Below are positions 15,401 through 29,789 of a stretch of 64,000 bases of DNA, piece by piece. The DNA comes from Eledone cirrhosa (lineage: Eukaryota). Both the position numbers and the translations under genes were made by a program. Location of the stretch: positions 27,280,001 through 27,344,000 of the forward strand of contig OZ024741.1 in the NCBI GenBank assembly GCA_964016885.1, read 5' to 3'. Each line of letters opens with the position of its first letter. Position 1 is the stretch's first letter. Below the pieces are notes generated by a model. It saw only the letters and a list, made by a program, of their open reading frames with translations. It was not told the DNA's origin and searched no databases.

Positions 15401-18400
15401 ACGCCACCACAACCACCACCTATAACAACAACAGTAACACCAACCCCACCACCACCACCACGACCTATAACAACAACAGTAACACCAACGCCACCACCGC
15501 CACCACCTATAACAACAACAGTAACACCAACGCCACCACCACCACCTATAACAACAACAGTAACACCAACGCCACCACCACCACCACCACCTATAACAAC
15601 AACAGTAACACCAACCCCACCACCACCACCACCTATAACAACAACAGTAACACCAACGCCACCACCACCACCACCTATAACAACAACAGTAACACCAACG
15701 CCACCACCACCACCTATAACAACAATAGTAACACCAACGCCACCACCACCACCACCACCTATAACAACAACAGTAACACCAACCCCACCACCACCACCAC
15801 CTATAACAACAACAGTAACACCAACACCACCACCACCACCACCACCTATAACAACAACAGTAACACCAACCCCACCACCACCACCTAAAACAACAACAGT
15901 AACACCAACACCACCACCACCACCACCTATAACAACAACAGTAACACCAACCCCACCACCACCACCTATAACAACAACAGTAACACCAACCCCACCACCA
16001 CCACCTATAACAACAACAGTAACACCAACCCCACCACCACCACCTATAACAACAACAGTAACACCAACCCCACCACCACCACCACCTATAACAACAACAG
16101 TAACAACAACTCCACCACCACCACCACCTATAACAACAACTATAACACCAACCCCACCACCACCACCTATAACAACAACAGTAACACCAACCCCACCACC
16201 ACCTATAACAACAACAGTAACAACAACTGCACCACCACCACCACCTATAACAATAACAGTAACACCAACGCCACCACCACCACCTATAACAACAACAGTA
16301 ACAACAACTCCACCACCACCACCACCTATAACAACAACAGTAACAACAACACCACCACCACCACCACCACCTATAACAACAACAGTAACAACAACTCCAC
16401 CACCACCACCACCTATAACAACAACAGTAACAACAACACCACCACCACCACCACCTATAACAACAACAGTAACACCAACCCCACCACCACCACCACCTAT
16501 AACAACAACAGTAACAAAAACTCCACCACCACCACCACCTATAACAACAACAGTAACAACAACTCCACCACCACCACCACCTATAACAACAACAGTAACA
16601 CCAACCCCACCACCACCACCTGTAACAACAACAGTAACACCAACCGCACCATCACCACCACCTATAACAACAACAGTAACACCAACGCCACCACCACCTA
16701 TAACAACAACAGTAACACCAACCCCACCACCACCACCTATAACAACAACAGTAACACCAACCCCACCACCACCACCACCTATAACAACAACAGTAACAAC
16801 AACTCCACCACCACCACCTATAACAACAACAGTAACACCAACCCCACCACCGCCACCTATAACAACATCAGTAACACCAACCCCACCACCACCACCTATA
16901 ACAACAACAGTAACACCAACCCCACCACCACCACCTATAACAACAACAGTAACACCAACCCCACCACCACCACCTATAACAACAACAGTAACAACAACGC
17001 CACCACCACCACCACCACCTATAACAACAACAGTAACACCAACGCCACCACCACCACCACCACCTATAACAACAACAGTAACACCAACCCCACCACCACC
17101 ACCACCACCACCACCACCTATAACAACAACAGTAACACCAACCCCACCACCACCACCACCACCTATAACAACAACAGTAACACCAACCCCACCACCACCA
17201 CCACCTATAACAACAACAGTAACAACAACGCCACCACCACCACCACCACCTATAACAACAACAGTAACACCAACCCCACCACCACCACCACCTATAACAA
17301 CAACAGTAACAACAACTCCACCACCACCACCTATAACAACAACAGTAACACCAACCCCACCACCACCACCTATAACAACAACAGTAACACCAACCCCACC
17401 ACCACCACCTATAACAACAACAGTAACACCAACCCCACCACCACCACCACCTATAACAACAACAGTAACAACAACGCCACCACCACCACCACCACCTATA
17501 ACAACAACAGTAACACCAACCCCACCACCACCACCACCTATAACAACAACAGTAACAACAACGGCACCACCACCACCACCACCTATAACAACAACAGTAA
17601 CACCAACCCCACCACCACCACCACCACCTATAACAACAACAGTAACACCAACCCCACCACCACCACCACCTATAACAACAACAGGAACACCAACTCCACC
17701 ACCACCACCACCTATAACAACAAGAGTAACACCAACCCCACCACCACCACCACCTATAACAACAACAGTAACAACAACGCCACAACCACCACCACCACCT
17801 ATAACAACAACAGTAACACCAACCCCACCACCACCACCACCACCTATAACAACAACAGTAACACCAACCCCACCACCACCTATAACAACAACAGTAACAA
17901 CAACTCCACCACCACCACCTATAACAACAACAGTAACAACAACTGCACCACCACCACCACCTATAACAACAACAGTAACAACAACTCCACCACCACCACC
18001 ACCTATAACAACAACAGTAACAACAACTCCACCACCACCACCACCTATAACAACAACAGTAACAACAACTCCACCACCACCACCACCTATAACAACAACA
18101 GAAACAACAACTCCACCACCACCACCACCTATAACAATAACAGTAACACCAACGCCACCACCACCACCTATAACAACAACAGTAACAACAACTCCACCAC
18201 CACCACCACCTATAACAACAACAGTAACACCAACGCCACCACCACCACCTATAACAACAACAGTAACAACAACTCCACCACCACCACCACCTATAACAAC
18301 AACAGTAACAACACCACCACCACCACCACCACCACCTATAACAACAACAGTAACACCAACTCCACCACCACCACCACCTATAACAACAACAGAAACAACA

Positions 18401-21400
18401 ACTCCACCACCACCACCACCTATAACAATAACAGTAACACCAACGCCACCACCACCACCTATAACAACAACAGTAAAAACAACACCACCACCACCTATAA
18501 CAACAACAGTAACAACAACTCCACCACCACCACCACCTATAACAACAACAGTAACAACACCACCACCACCACCTATAACAACAACAGTAACACCAACCCC
18601 ACCGCCACCACCTATAACAACAACAGTAACACCAACCCCACCACCACCACCACCACCACCTATAACAACAACAGTAACAACAACACCACCACCACCACCA
18701 CCTATAACAACAACAGTAACACCAACGCCACCACCACCACCTCCTATAACAACAACAGTAACAACAACTCCACCACCACCACCACCTATAACAACAACAG
18801 TAACACCAACGCCACCACCACTACCACCACCTATAACAACAACAGTAACAACAACTCCACCACCACCACCACCTATAACAACAACAGTAACACCAACGCC
18901 ACCACCACCACCACCACCTATAACAACAACAGTAACAACAACGCCACCACCACCACCACCACCTATAACAACAACAGTAACACCAACCCCACCACCACCA
19001 CCACCTATAACAACAACAGTAACACCAACTCCACCACCACCACCACCTATAACAACAACAGTAACAACAACTCCACCACCACACCACCTATAACAACAAC
19101 AGTAACACCAACTCCACCACCACCACCACCTATAACAACAACAGTAACAACAACTCCACCACCACCACCACCACCTATAACAACAACAGTAACAACAACG
19201 CCACCACCACCACCACCACCTATAACAACAACAGTAACAACAACACCACCACCACCACCACCACCTATAACAACAACAGTAACACCAACCCCACCACCAC
19301 CACCACCTATAACAACAACAGTAACACCAACGCCACCACCACCACCACCACCTATAACAACAACAGTAACACCAACTCCACCACCACCACCACCTATAAC
19401 AACAACAGTAACACCAACTCCACCACCACCACCACCTATAACAACAACAGTAACAACAACTGCACCACCACCACCACCTATAACAACAACAGTAACAACA
19501 ACACCACCACCACTACCACCTATAACAACAACAGTAACAACAACTCCACCACCACCACCACCTATAACAACAACAGTAACACCAACCCTACCACCACCAC
19601 CTATAACAACAACAGTAACACCAACGCCACCACCACCACCACCTATAACAACAACAGTAACACCAACCCTACCACCACCACCTATAACAACAACAGTAAC
19701 ACCAACGCCACCACCACCACCTATAACAACAACAGTAACACCAACGCCACCACCACCACTACCACCACCACCTATAACAACAACAGTAACACGAACCCCA
19801 CCACCACCACCTATAACAACAACAGTAACACCAACGTCACCACCACCACCACCTATAACAACAACAGTAACACCAACCCCACCACCACCACCACCTATAA
19901 CAACAACAGTAACACCAACCCCACCACCACCACCACCTATAACAACAACAGTAACACCAACCCCACCACCACCACCACCTATAACAACAACAGTAACACC
20001 AACTCCACCACCACCTCCACCACCTATAACAACAACAGTAACAACAACACCACCACCACCACCACCACCTATAACAACAACAGTAACACCAACCCCACCA
20101 CCACCACCTATAACAACAACAGTAACAACAACACCACCACCACCACCACCTATAACAACAACAGTAACACCAACTCCACCACCACCACCACCACCTATAA
20201 CAACAACAGTAACAACAACCCCACCACCACCACCACCTATAACAACAATAGTAACAACAACACCACCACCACCACCACCTATAACAACAACAGTAACACC
20301 AACCCCACCACCTCCACCACCTATAACAACAACAGTAACACCAACCCCACCACCACCACCACCTATAACAACAACAGTAACACCAACTCCACCACCACCA
20401 CCACCTATAACAACAACAGTAACAACAACACCACCACCTATAACAACAACAGTAACACCAACCCCACCACCACCACCACCTATAACAACAGTAACACCAA
20501 CCCCACCAACACCAACACCTATTACAACAACAGTAACAACAACTCCACCACCACCACCACCTATAACAACAACAGTAACACCAACGGCACCACCACCACC
20601 TATAACAACAACAGTAACAACAACTCCACCACCACCACCACCTATAACAACAACAGTAACACCAACTCCACCACCACCTCCACCACCTATAACAACAACA
20701 GTAACAACAACACCACCACCACCACGACCACCTATAACAACAACAGTAACACCAACGCCACCACCACCACCACCACCTATAACAACAACAGTGACAACAA
20801 CTCCACCACCACCACCACCTATAACAACAACAGTAACAACAACTCCACCACCACCTATAACAACAACAGTAACACCAACGCCACCACCACCACCTATAAC
20901 AACAACAGTAACAACAACTCCACCACCACCACCACCTATAACAACAACAGTAACACCAACCCAACCACCACCACCACCTATAACAACAACAGTAACAACA
21001 ACTCCACCACCACCACCACCACCACCTATAACGACAACAGTAACAACAACACCACCACCACCACCACCTATAACAACAACAGTAACAACAACACCACCAC
21101 CACCACCACCTATAACAACAACAGTAACAACAACTCCACCACCACCACCACCTATAACAACAACAGTAACAACACCACCACCACCACCACCACCACCTAT
21201 AACAACAACAGTAACAACACCACCACCACCACCACCACCACCTATAACAACAACAGTAACAACACCACCACCACCACCACCACCACCTATTACAACAACA
21301 GTAACAACACCACCACCACCACCACCACCTATAACAACAACAGTAACAACAACTCCACCACCACCACCTATAACAACAACAGTAACACCAACGCCACCAC

Positions 21401-24400
21401 CACCACCACCACCTATAACAACAACAGTAACAACAACACCACCACCACCACCACCACCTATAACAACAACAGTAACAACAACTCCACCACCACCTCCACC
21501 ACCTATAACAACAACAATAACACCAACCCCACCACCACCACCTATAACAACAACAGTAACACCAACCCCACCACCACCACCTATAACAACAACAGTAACA
21601 ACAACAGTAACACCAACCCCACCACCACCACCACCTATAACAACAACAGTAACAACAACACCACCACCACCACCACCTATAACAACAACAGTAACACCAA
21701 CCCCACCACCACCACCTATAACAACAACAGTAACAACAACAGTAACACCAACCCCACCACCACCACCACCTATAACAACAACATTAACACCAACACCACC
21801 ACCACCACCTATAACAACAACTGTAACACCAACCCCACCACCACCACCTATAACAACAACAGTAACACCAACCCCACCACCACCACCTATAACAACAACA
21901 GTAACAACAACAGTAACACCAACCCCACCACCACCACCACCTATAACCACAACAGTAACAACAACACCACCACCACCACCACCTATAACAACAACAGTAA
22001 CAACAACAGTAACACCAACCCCACCACCACCACCACCTATAACAACAACAGTAACTCCAACACCACCACCACCAATAACAACAACAGTAACAACAACAGT
22101 AACACCAACCCCACCACCACCACCACCTATAACCACAACAGTAACAACAACAACACCACCACCACCACCACCTATAACAACAACAGTAACAACAACACCA
22201 CCACCACCACCTATAACAACAACAGTAACAACAACTCCACCACCACCACCACCTATAACAACAACAGTAACACCAACGCCACCACCACCACCTATAACAA
22301 CAACAGTAACAACAACTCCACCACCACCTATAACAACAACAGTAACACCAACGCCACCACCACCACCACCTTTAACAACAACAGTAACACCAACTCCACC
22401 ACCACCACCACCTATAACAACAACAGTAACAACAACTCCACCACCACCACCACCACCTATAACAACAACAGTAACAACAACTCCACCACCACCACCACCA
22501 CCTATAACAACAACAGTAACAACAACACCACCACCACCACCACCTATAACAACAACACCACCACCACCACCACCTATAACAACAACAGTAACAACAACTC
22601 CACCACCACCACCACCTATAACAACAACAGTAACAACACCACCACCACCACCACCACCACCACCACCACCACCTATAACAACAACAGTAACACCAACTCC
22701 ACCACCACCACCACCTATAACAACAACAGTAACAACAACTGCACCACCACCACCACCTATAACAACAACAGTAACAACACCACCACCACCACCACCACAT
22801 ATAACAACAACAGTAACAACACCACCACCACCACCACCTATAACAACAACAGTAACACCAACTCCACCACCACCACCACCTATAACAACAACAGTAACAA
22901 CACCACCACCACCACCACCACCTATAACAACAACAGTAACAACAACTCCACCACCACCACCTATAACAACAACAGTAACACCAACGCCACCACCACCACC
23001 ACCACCTATAACAACAACAGTAACAACAACTCCACCACCACCACCACCTATAACAACAACAGTAACAACAACTCCACCACCACCACCACCTATAACAACA
23101 ACAGTAACACCAACGCCACCACCACCACCAGCACCTATAACAACAACAGTAACAACAACTCCACCACCACCACCACCACCTATAACAACAACAGTAACAA
23201 CAACACCACCACCACCACCATCTATAATAACAACAGTAACAACAACAGTAACAACAACTCCACCACCACCACCACCACCACCTATAACAACAACAGTAAC
23301 ACCAACGCCACCACCACCTATAACAACAACAGTAACACCAACCCCACCACCTCCACCACCTATAACAACAACAGTAACACCAACCCCACCACCACCACCT
23401 ATAACAACAACAGTAACACCAACCCCACCACCACCACCTAAAACAACAACAGTAACAACAACAGTAACACCAACCCCACCACCACCACCACCTATAACAA
23501 CAACATTAACGCCACCACCACCACCACCACCTATAACAACAACAGTAACACCAACGCCACCACCACCACCACCACCTATAACAACAACAGTAACACCAAC
23601 CCCACCACCACCACCACCACCTATAACAACAACAGTAACAACAACAGTAACACCAACCCCACCACCACCACCACCTATAACAACAACAGTAACACCAACC
23701 CCACCACCACCACCACCTATAACAACAACAGTAACACCAACCCCACCACCACCACCACCTATAACAACAACAGTAACACCAACCCCACCACCACCACCAC
23801 CTATAACAACAACAGTAACACCAACACCACCACCACCACCTATAACAACAACAGTAACAACAACTCCACCACCACCACCATCTATAACAACAACAGTAAC
23901 ACCAACAGTAACACCAACTCCACCACCACCACCACCACCACCACCTATAACAACAACAGTAACACCAACCCCACCACCACCACCACCTATAACAACAACA
24001 GTAACACCAACGCCACCACCACCACCACCTATAACAACAACAGTAACACCAACCCCACCACCACCACCACCTATAACAACAACAGTAACACCAACCCCAC
24101 CACCACCACCACCTATAACAACAACAGTAACACCAACGCCACCACCACCACCACCTATAACAACAACAGTAACACCAACCCCACCACCACCACCACCTAT
24201 AACAACAACAGTAACACCAACCCCACCACCACCACCACCTATAACAACAACAGTAACACCAACGCCACCACCACCATCACCACCTATAACAACAGTAACA
24301 CCAACACCACCACCACCACCACCTATAACAACAACAGTAACACCAACCCCACCACCACCATCACCACCTATAACAACAGTAACACCAACCCCACCACCTC

Positions 24401-25213
24401 CACCACCTATAACAACAACAGTAACACCAACGCCACCACCACCACCACCTATAACAACAACAGTAACACCAACCCCACCACCACCACCACCTATAACAAC
24501 AACAGTAACACCAACCCCACCACCACCACCACCTATAACAACAACAGTAACACCAACGCCACCACCACCACCACCTATAACAACAACAGTAACACCAACC
24601 CCACCACCACCACCACCTATAACAACAACAGTAACACCAACCCCACCACCACCACCACCTATAACAACAACAGTAACACCAACGCCACCACCACCACCAC
24701 CTATAACAACAACAGTAACACCAACCCCACCACCACCACCACCTATAACAACAACAGTAACACCAACCCCACCACCACCACCACCTATAACAACAACAGT
24801 AACACCAACGCCACCACCACCACCACCTATAACAACAACAGTAACACCAACCCCACCACCACCACCACCTATAACAACAACAGTAACACCAACCCCACCA
24901 CCACCACCACCTATAACAACAACAGTAACACCAACGCCACCACCACCATCACCACCTATAACAACAGTAACACCAACACCACCACCACCACCACCTATAA
25001 CAACAACAGTAACAACAACACCACCACCACCTATAACAACAACAGTAACAACAACACCACCACCACCACCACCTATAACAACAACAGTAACAACAACACC
25101 ACCACCACCACCACCTATAACAACAACAGTAACAACAACACCACCACCACCACCACCTATAACAACAACAGTAACACCAACACCACCACCACCACCACCT
25201 ATAACAACAACAG
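12411..25213. repeat. ~12.8 kb minisatellite, unit ~36-48 bp: (ACC)n TATAACAACAACAGTAAC(A/C)CAAC[N]
   Basis: Directly visible, roughly 300 units; one + frame reads P(4-8)ITTTVTPT. Confidence 0.97.
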
Positions 25214-25454
25214 CAGAAGCCATAAAGTATTTTTACATTGTGTTTTTTCAGTAAATATTTACATTATCTGTGCCACCATTGTAGTGCTGCAATAAAAATG
25301 ACAATGTGCATTAGATGCACACAGGAATATCTTTACTCTCAAAGGTGCACAGTGAAATATGCACCAAATTTTTATGGCATCATTTCAAACAAAAAAAAAA
25401 CCTTGAAAATAATAAAATGTTCAGTATATAATGTGGTTACATTATATACTGAAC

Positions 25455-26405
25455 ATGTTGTTGTGTTGGTGGTGCTGGTGCTGGGTGTAGTAGTAGTAGT
25501 AGTGATGATGGTTGTGGTACTGGTGGTGGTGGAGGTGATGGTGAGTGTAGTGGTGGAGTGATGGTGGTGGGTGTTGTGGTGGTAGTGGTGGTGGTGATGG
25601 TGGGTGTTGTGGTGGTAGTGGTGGTGATGGTGGGTGTTATTGGTGGTGGTGGTGGGTGTTGTGGTTGAGTGATGGTGGTGCTTGAGTGATGGTGGTGGTA
25701 GTGGTGGTAGTGGTGGGTGTTGTGGTGGTAGTGGTGGTGATGGTGGGTTTTGTGATAGTGGTGATGGTGGGTGTTGTGGTGGTAGTGGTGGTGGTGATGG
25801 TGGGTGTTGTGGTTGAGTGATGGTGGTGGTAGTGGTGGTGATGGTGGGTGTTGTGGTGGTAGTGGTGTTGGTGGGTGTTGTGGTTTAGTGATGGTGGTGG
25901 TAGTGGTGGTGGTGATGGTGGTAGTGGTGGTAGTGGTGATGGTGGGTGTTGTGGTGATGGTGGGTGTTGTGGTGGTGGTGGTGGTGATGGTGGGTGTTGT
26001 GGTTGAGTGATGGTGGTGGTGGTGGTGGTAGTGGTGGAGTGATGGTGTTGTGGTTGAGTGATGGTGGTGGTAGTGGTGGGTGTTGTGGTGGAGTGATGGT
26101 GGTGATGGTGGGTGTTGTGGTGGTGATGGTGAGTGTTGTGGTGGTAGTGGTCGTGGTGGTGGGTGTGGTGGTGGTGATGGTGGTAGTGGTGGTAGTGGTG
26201 GTGGTGGTGGTGATGGTGGGTGTTGTGGTGGTGGGTGTTGTGGTAGTGGTGGTAGTGGTGGTGATGGTGGGTGTTGTGGTGGTAGTGGTGGTGACAGTGG
26301 TGATAGTGGTGATGGTGGGTGTTGTGGTGGAGTGATGGTGGGTGTTGTGTTAGTGGTGGTGATGGTGGGCGTAGTGGTAGTGGTGGTAGTGGTGTGGGTG
26401 GTTAT
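25455..26405. repeat. (GGT/GAT/AGT)n array with GGGTGTTGT subunit
   Basis: Directly visible; opposite strand polarity to the adjacent (ACC)n array. Confidence 0.93.
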
Positions 26406-26654
26406 GGGGTTATCTGTTTTTATTATTAATGGGAGAATTAAAATGTTGGCTTTGTTGGAACAATATTTATCTTTGCCATATTATATCCCCTTATTGGTTC
26501 TAGCTAACAAGCAGCTTTAGCCATACTGGAGCACTGCCTCTGTTGTTTTCCATGACAACCATTCAGTTGTTTCATTAACTGAATTGATTAATTGTTTAAC
26601 AGGACTACAGTATCTGGTGTGTCCTTTCCTATTTTAATTTACTCTAGTATACTC

Positions 26655-26718
<64 letters not shown>
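26655..26718. repeat. Pure (GTT)n microsatellite
   Basis: Directly visible. Confidence 0.95.
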
Positions 26719-26720
<2 letters not shown>

Positions 26721-27515
26721 ACCCTAGGTCATCTCTGACCAAACAGATATATGATCAAAGGTGTTCCAACCATGGCCATCTCATCTTAATTTTTTTAAAT
26801 TCCTGACAAAAATGCTTCTACATCTATATTATTCATTGTAGACGTTTTTTTTTAAGATGATAGGGTGTGATCTGAGGGAGAGTTGGCTGTTATTTATAGC
26901 TGGTCAAGCTACCATGTTAATATTGGTGACGATATTATAGATATCCCCCTTCTCTTACATATAGACACAGCAATCTTTAACTGTTAATGTCCTGTACTGC
27001 ATGGAGCCACATTAGCAAGACATCCTTGAGAAGTACAAAACAGCACTATGAATATATCCATATTAAATATTAAAATCTTTATTCTCATCTATATATAAAT
27101 TTGAGCAGCTTCTGTCCGTCTGTCACATAATATGGAAGGAAGAGGATGGTGAAAAAACTATAGCAAAACAGCGGCTGGTGTTCCATTTGCTATGCTGTGT
27201 GTGAATGTATCTGTATGTTTGTGTAAATGTATGCATGTGTGTGTTTGTGTGAATGTATGTCTGTGAGTGCGTATTTTTGTGTGTATGTGTTTACGCGTTT
27301 ACATTTATATACTCATAAATATAAATGCATGCATATGAACATACGCACACACATATACACATACAGCATGTTGAAAATAATTCTAGTATTGCAAATTTCC
27401 ACAAAAACCTATCAACTAGTAAAGACATTCTAAAGATGTATATTAACAAACTCCTGTTTAGATATTTCCTGCTAAATCATGTTAAGAGTTCATAGCCTCA
27501 TTCTCTCTGATCCAG

Positions 27516-27668
27516 GTACAATATCGACTCTTTCCAATCAAACCCCACAGTTATTTAGTCAACCCCAAGTGACACCACAGTTTTTCATTGCTGGTCAACA
27601 TTTAACTCAAGGTCAAACTACAGGTTCATCCCTACCAGTCCAACAGCTTCTGATTCCTGTCTCCACAG
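27516..27668 (+). CDS. Internal coding exon (153 bp, phase 1-1) of a host gene; Gln/Thr/Ser/Pro-rich segment typical of a transcription factor or cofactor
   Basis: Acceptor ttctctctgatccAG|G and near-consensus donor CAG|GTAAGC. Open frame (G)TISTLSNQTPQLFSQPQVTPQFFIAGQHLTQGQTTGSSLPVQQLLIPVST(G). Non-repetitive, length a multiple of 3. Confidence 0.8.
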
Positions 27669-27720
27669 GTAAGCTATTCTTTTTTTTACTCTTTACATAT
27701 CTTTTACTTTTCTCTCTTAA

Positions 27721-27936
27721 CTCTTTAACATTCACATTACTCTCTACATACTTTTGTATTTTCACAGTAAAGGCTTTATCTCACACAATATCTATCACAT
27801 AGTATCTATGAGATTTTGATATTATTTATTTTGAGAACAATACCTTAATGTTGGTATAAGTAGCCGGTTACAACTGGTTTGAATAGAGAGAGATGAGAAA
27901 TTCTGGCCGGATATGGCCGGTTTAAATGCTAAAGGG
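27721..27936 (-). mobile_element. piggyBac-like MITE, complete copy
   Basis: TTAA at 27717-27720 and 27937-27940; ends CTCTTTAACATT...AAATGCTAAAGGG (imperfect TIRs). Reverse-complement homolog of 55397-55601; strand given relative to that copy. Confidence 0.75.
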
Positions 27937-28152
27937 TTAACCTTTTATAATAATGAAAATTATTGTGTACAGTACTCAGGTGCACTACAAATCATCAAAG
28001 GTGCATGTATAGTACATAGAATAATCTACAAATGTCAGGAAAGTGAGCAGTGTATGAGTCATGATATACACACAGATATGTGCGTGTGTGTGTGTGTGTA
28101 TGGAGGGGGAATATCAGGTATCGTGTTGGCAAATTTCGGGAAGCAAAAAAAG

Positions 28153-28356
28153 TTTACATTACTCTATATTTACTATTGTATTTTCACAGTAAAGGCTTTA
28201 TCTCACATTATATTGAATCTATGCAATTTTGATGATGTTATTATTTATTTTGAGAACAATACCTTAACATCAGTATGAGTGACCGAATACGGCCAGTTTG
28301 AATAGAGAGAGGTGAGAGAATTCTGGCCGGATACAGCCGGTTTAAATGCTTAAGGG
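28153..28356 (-). mobile_element. piggyBac-like MITE, second copy lacking one TIR
   Basis: Aligns by eye to 27733-27936; ends AAATGCTTAAGGG-TTAA. Confidence 0.7.
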
Positions 28357-28539
28357 TTAACACCTGCCTATTCTTTACAAAGAAAATCATAGAATTAATT
28401 TAATATTTAGTTCAATCAGATGTCATTTCAAACTTTCATTGCCATAATAACCAATTAAACCCCTTTAATGTGGTGCTCCAGTATGGCTGCAGTCTAATGA
28501 CTGAGACCAGTAAAAGAATAAAAGAATCTAATTGTTTGT

Positions 28540-28930
28540 GTAACCCTTGGGGAGATTTTGATCCAATGAGAAGTGAAGAATGATTGAATATATCACGCAG
28601 TAATACAGAGTACCCGACCTCCCATGGGTACAAGCTGAAGCATATAGACAATATGCCCCCACACCCCCCACTGCAAGGTGGTCGTGGAGGTGCCACGGCA
28701 AAAAAGCACCCAGCCCACACTGTAAAGTGGACGTGTAGGCGCCACGAAAAAGCACCCAGCACTCACTGTAAATGAGGTTGGTGTTAGGAAGGGCATCCAG
28801 CTGTAGAAATCAAGCCAAATCAGTTCCTGTATGAGCAAGGCATGGTCAGCCGACCAGACACTGCCCACAACAGGACAACCCGTCTAACCCATGCTAGCGT
28901 GGAAGAACGGACGTAAAACGGTGATGATGA
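28540..28930 (+). mobile_element. RTE-type LINE 3' end (3' UTR and TGA tail)
   Basis: GGTTGGTGTTAGGAAGGGCATCCAGCTGTAGAAA ... AACCCATGCTAGCGTGGAAGAACGGACGTAAAAC-(TGA)n, shared with ORF-bearing copies in the window. Confidence 0.75.
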
Positions 28931-29004
28931 TATCCTGTATGACAATCATCATCATCACAATCATCATCATCATCATCCTCGTCACCATCATCATCAGTAT
29001 AATT

Positions 29005-29205
29005 ATCCTTTTTACATCAATTTTTCCACGCTTGCATGGGTTGGATGGATGTTTTTCCAGCACAGTCTTCTTCCATGTTGTGTTCCTTTGTCATCTCCTC
29101 TGTGAGGTTTAACATTTTAAGATCTGCTCTCACCATCTCTGCCCACATTTTCCTTGGCCTTCCTCTACTGCAGCTTCCTTCCACTGGGATCACCTGCTTC
29201 ACCCA
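29005..29205 (-). mobile_element. RTE-type LINE 3' fragment (ORF C-terminus plus tail)
   Basis: VIPVEGSCSRGRPRKMWAEMVRADLKMLNLTEEMTK, the GRPRKxW motif typical of RTE C-termini, followed by CCCATGCAAGCGTGGAAAA. Confidence 0.85.
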
Positions 29206-29472
29206 CCAACCAGCCTCTACATATAGCCAAGGAATGGAGTTTATGTGACAGATATATATTATATTGCCAACAAATGTAGTTTCTGGTATAGATATAGTCT
29301 AATGATATATATTTACATTAGTTGGTCTTTTGGGGGAAGGCATCTTTTTGTAGTTATTTCATGTTTTTGACATTGTTTTTGTGATTTTATTCATTAATTA
29401 TAGTGACTACTGCATGACACCATTGCTAGAGTATCAACCAATTAGCTAATGGATCTATAATTCAACTTATAT

Positions 29473-29700
29473 GAAGGCATGCAGCTCAGTGGTTAAGATT
29501 TTTGGCTCTCAATCACAATATTGTTGGTTCAATTCCTGAACTAAGCAGCACGTGTTTTTTTACAAAGCCTTTTTCACATTTTTCTAGTCTGGTCAGTTAA
29601 AATGAATTCCTGGCAGTGACTGGGAATTAAATCTGTGATAGACTGACATTCCATCCAGGGGAGCATCTTATTAATGAAATCAGGATAAGCTCCAGCTTGA
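29473..29700 (+). mobile_element. Degenerate tRNA-derived SINE
   Basis: A-box-like AGCTCAGTGGTTAAG and B-box GGTTCAATTCC; no intact cloverleaf. Confidence 0.6.
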
Positions 29701-29789
29701 TGTACCTCTGTCCTTCAGACAACCTTTGTTGTTTAACTCTCAGAATCGCAGCGCATTTAACTGCAAATAAATCATGATTTTATTCAAAA

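Noticed and set aside
12467-25223. Minus-strand W/C/Y-rich and Gly/Val-rich ORFs
   Set aside because: Alternative readings of the same minisatellite.
25238-25561. Possible exon after the acceptor-like TGTTTTTTCAG at 25251
   Set aside because: No convincing donor or protein-like sequence; runs into a GGT repeat.
29473-29560. tRNA gene (also 35700-35780, 53090-53150, 57950-58040)
   Set aside because: Only A/B-box remnants followed by SINE bodies; no complete cloverleaf.
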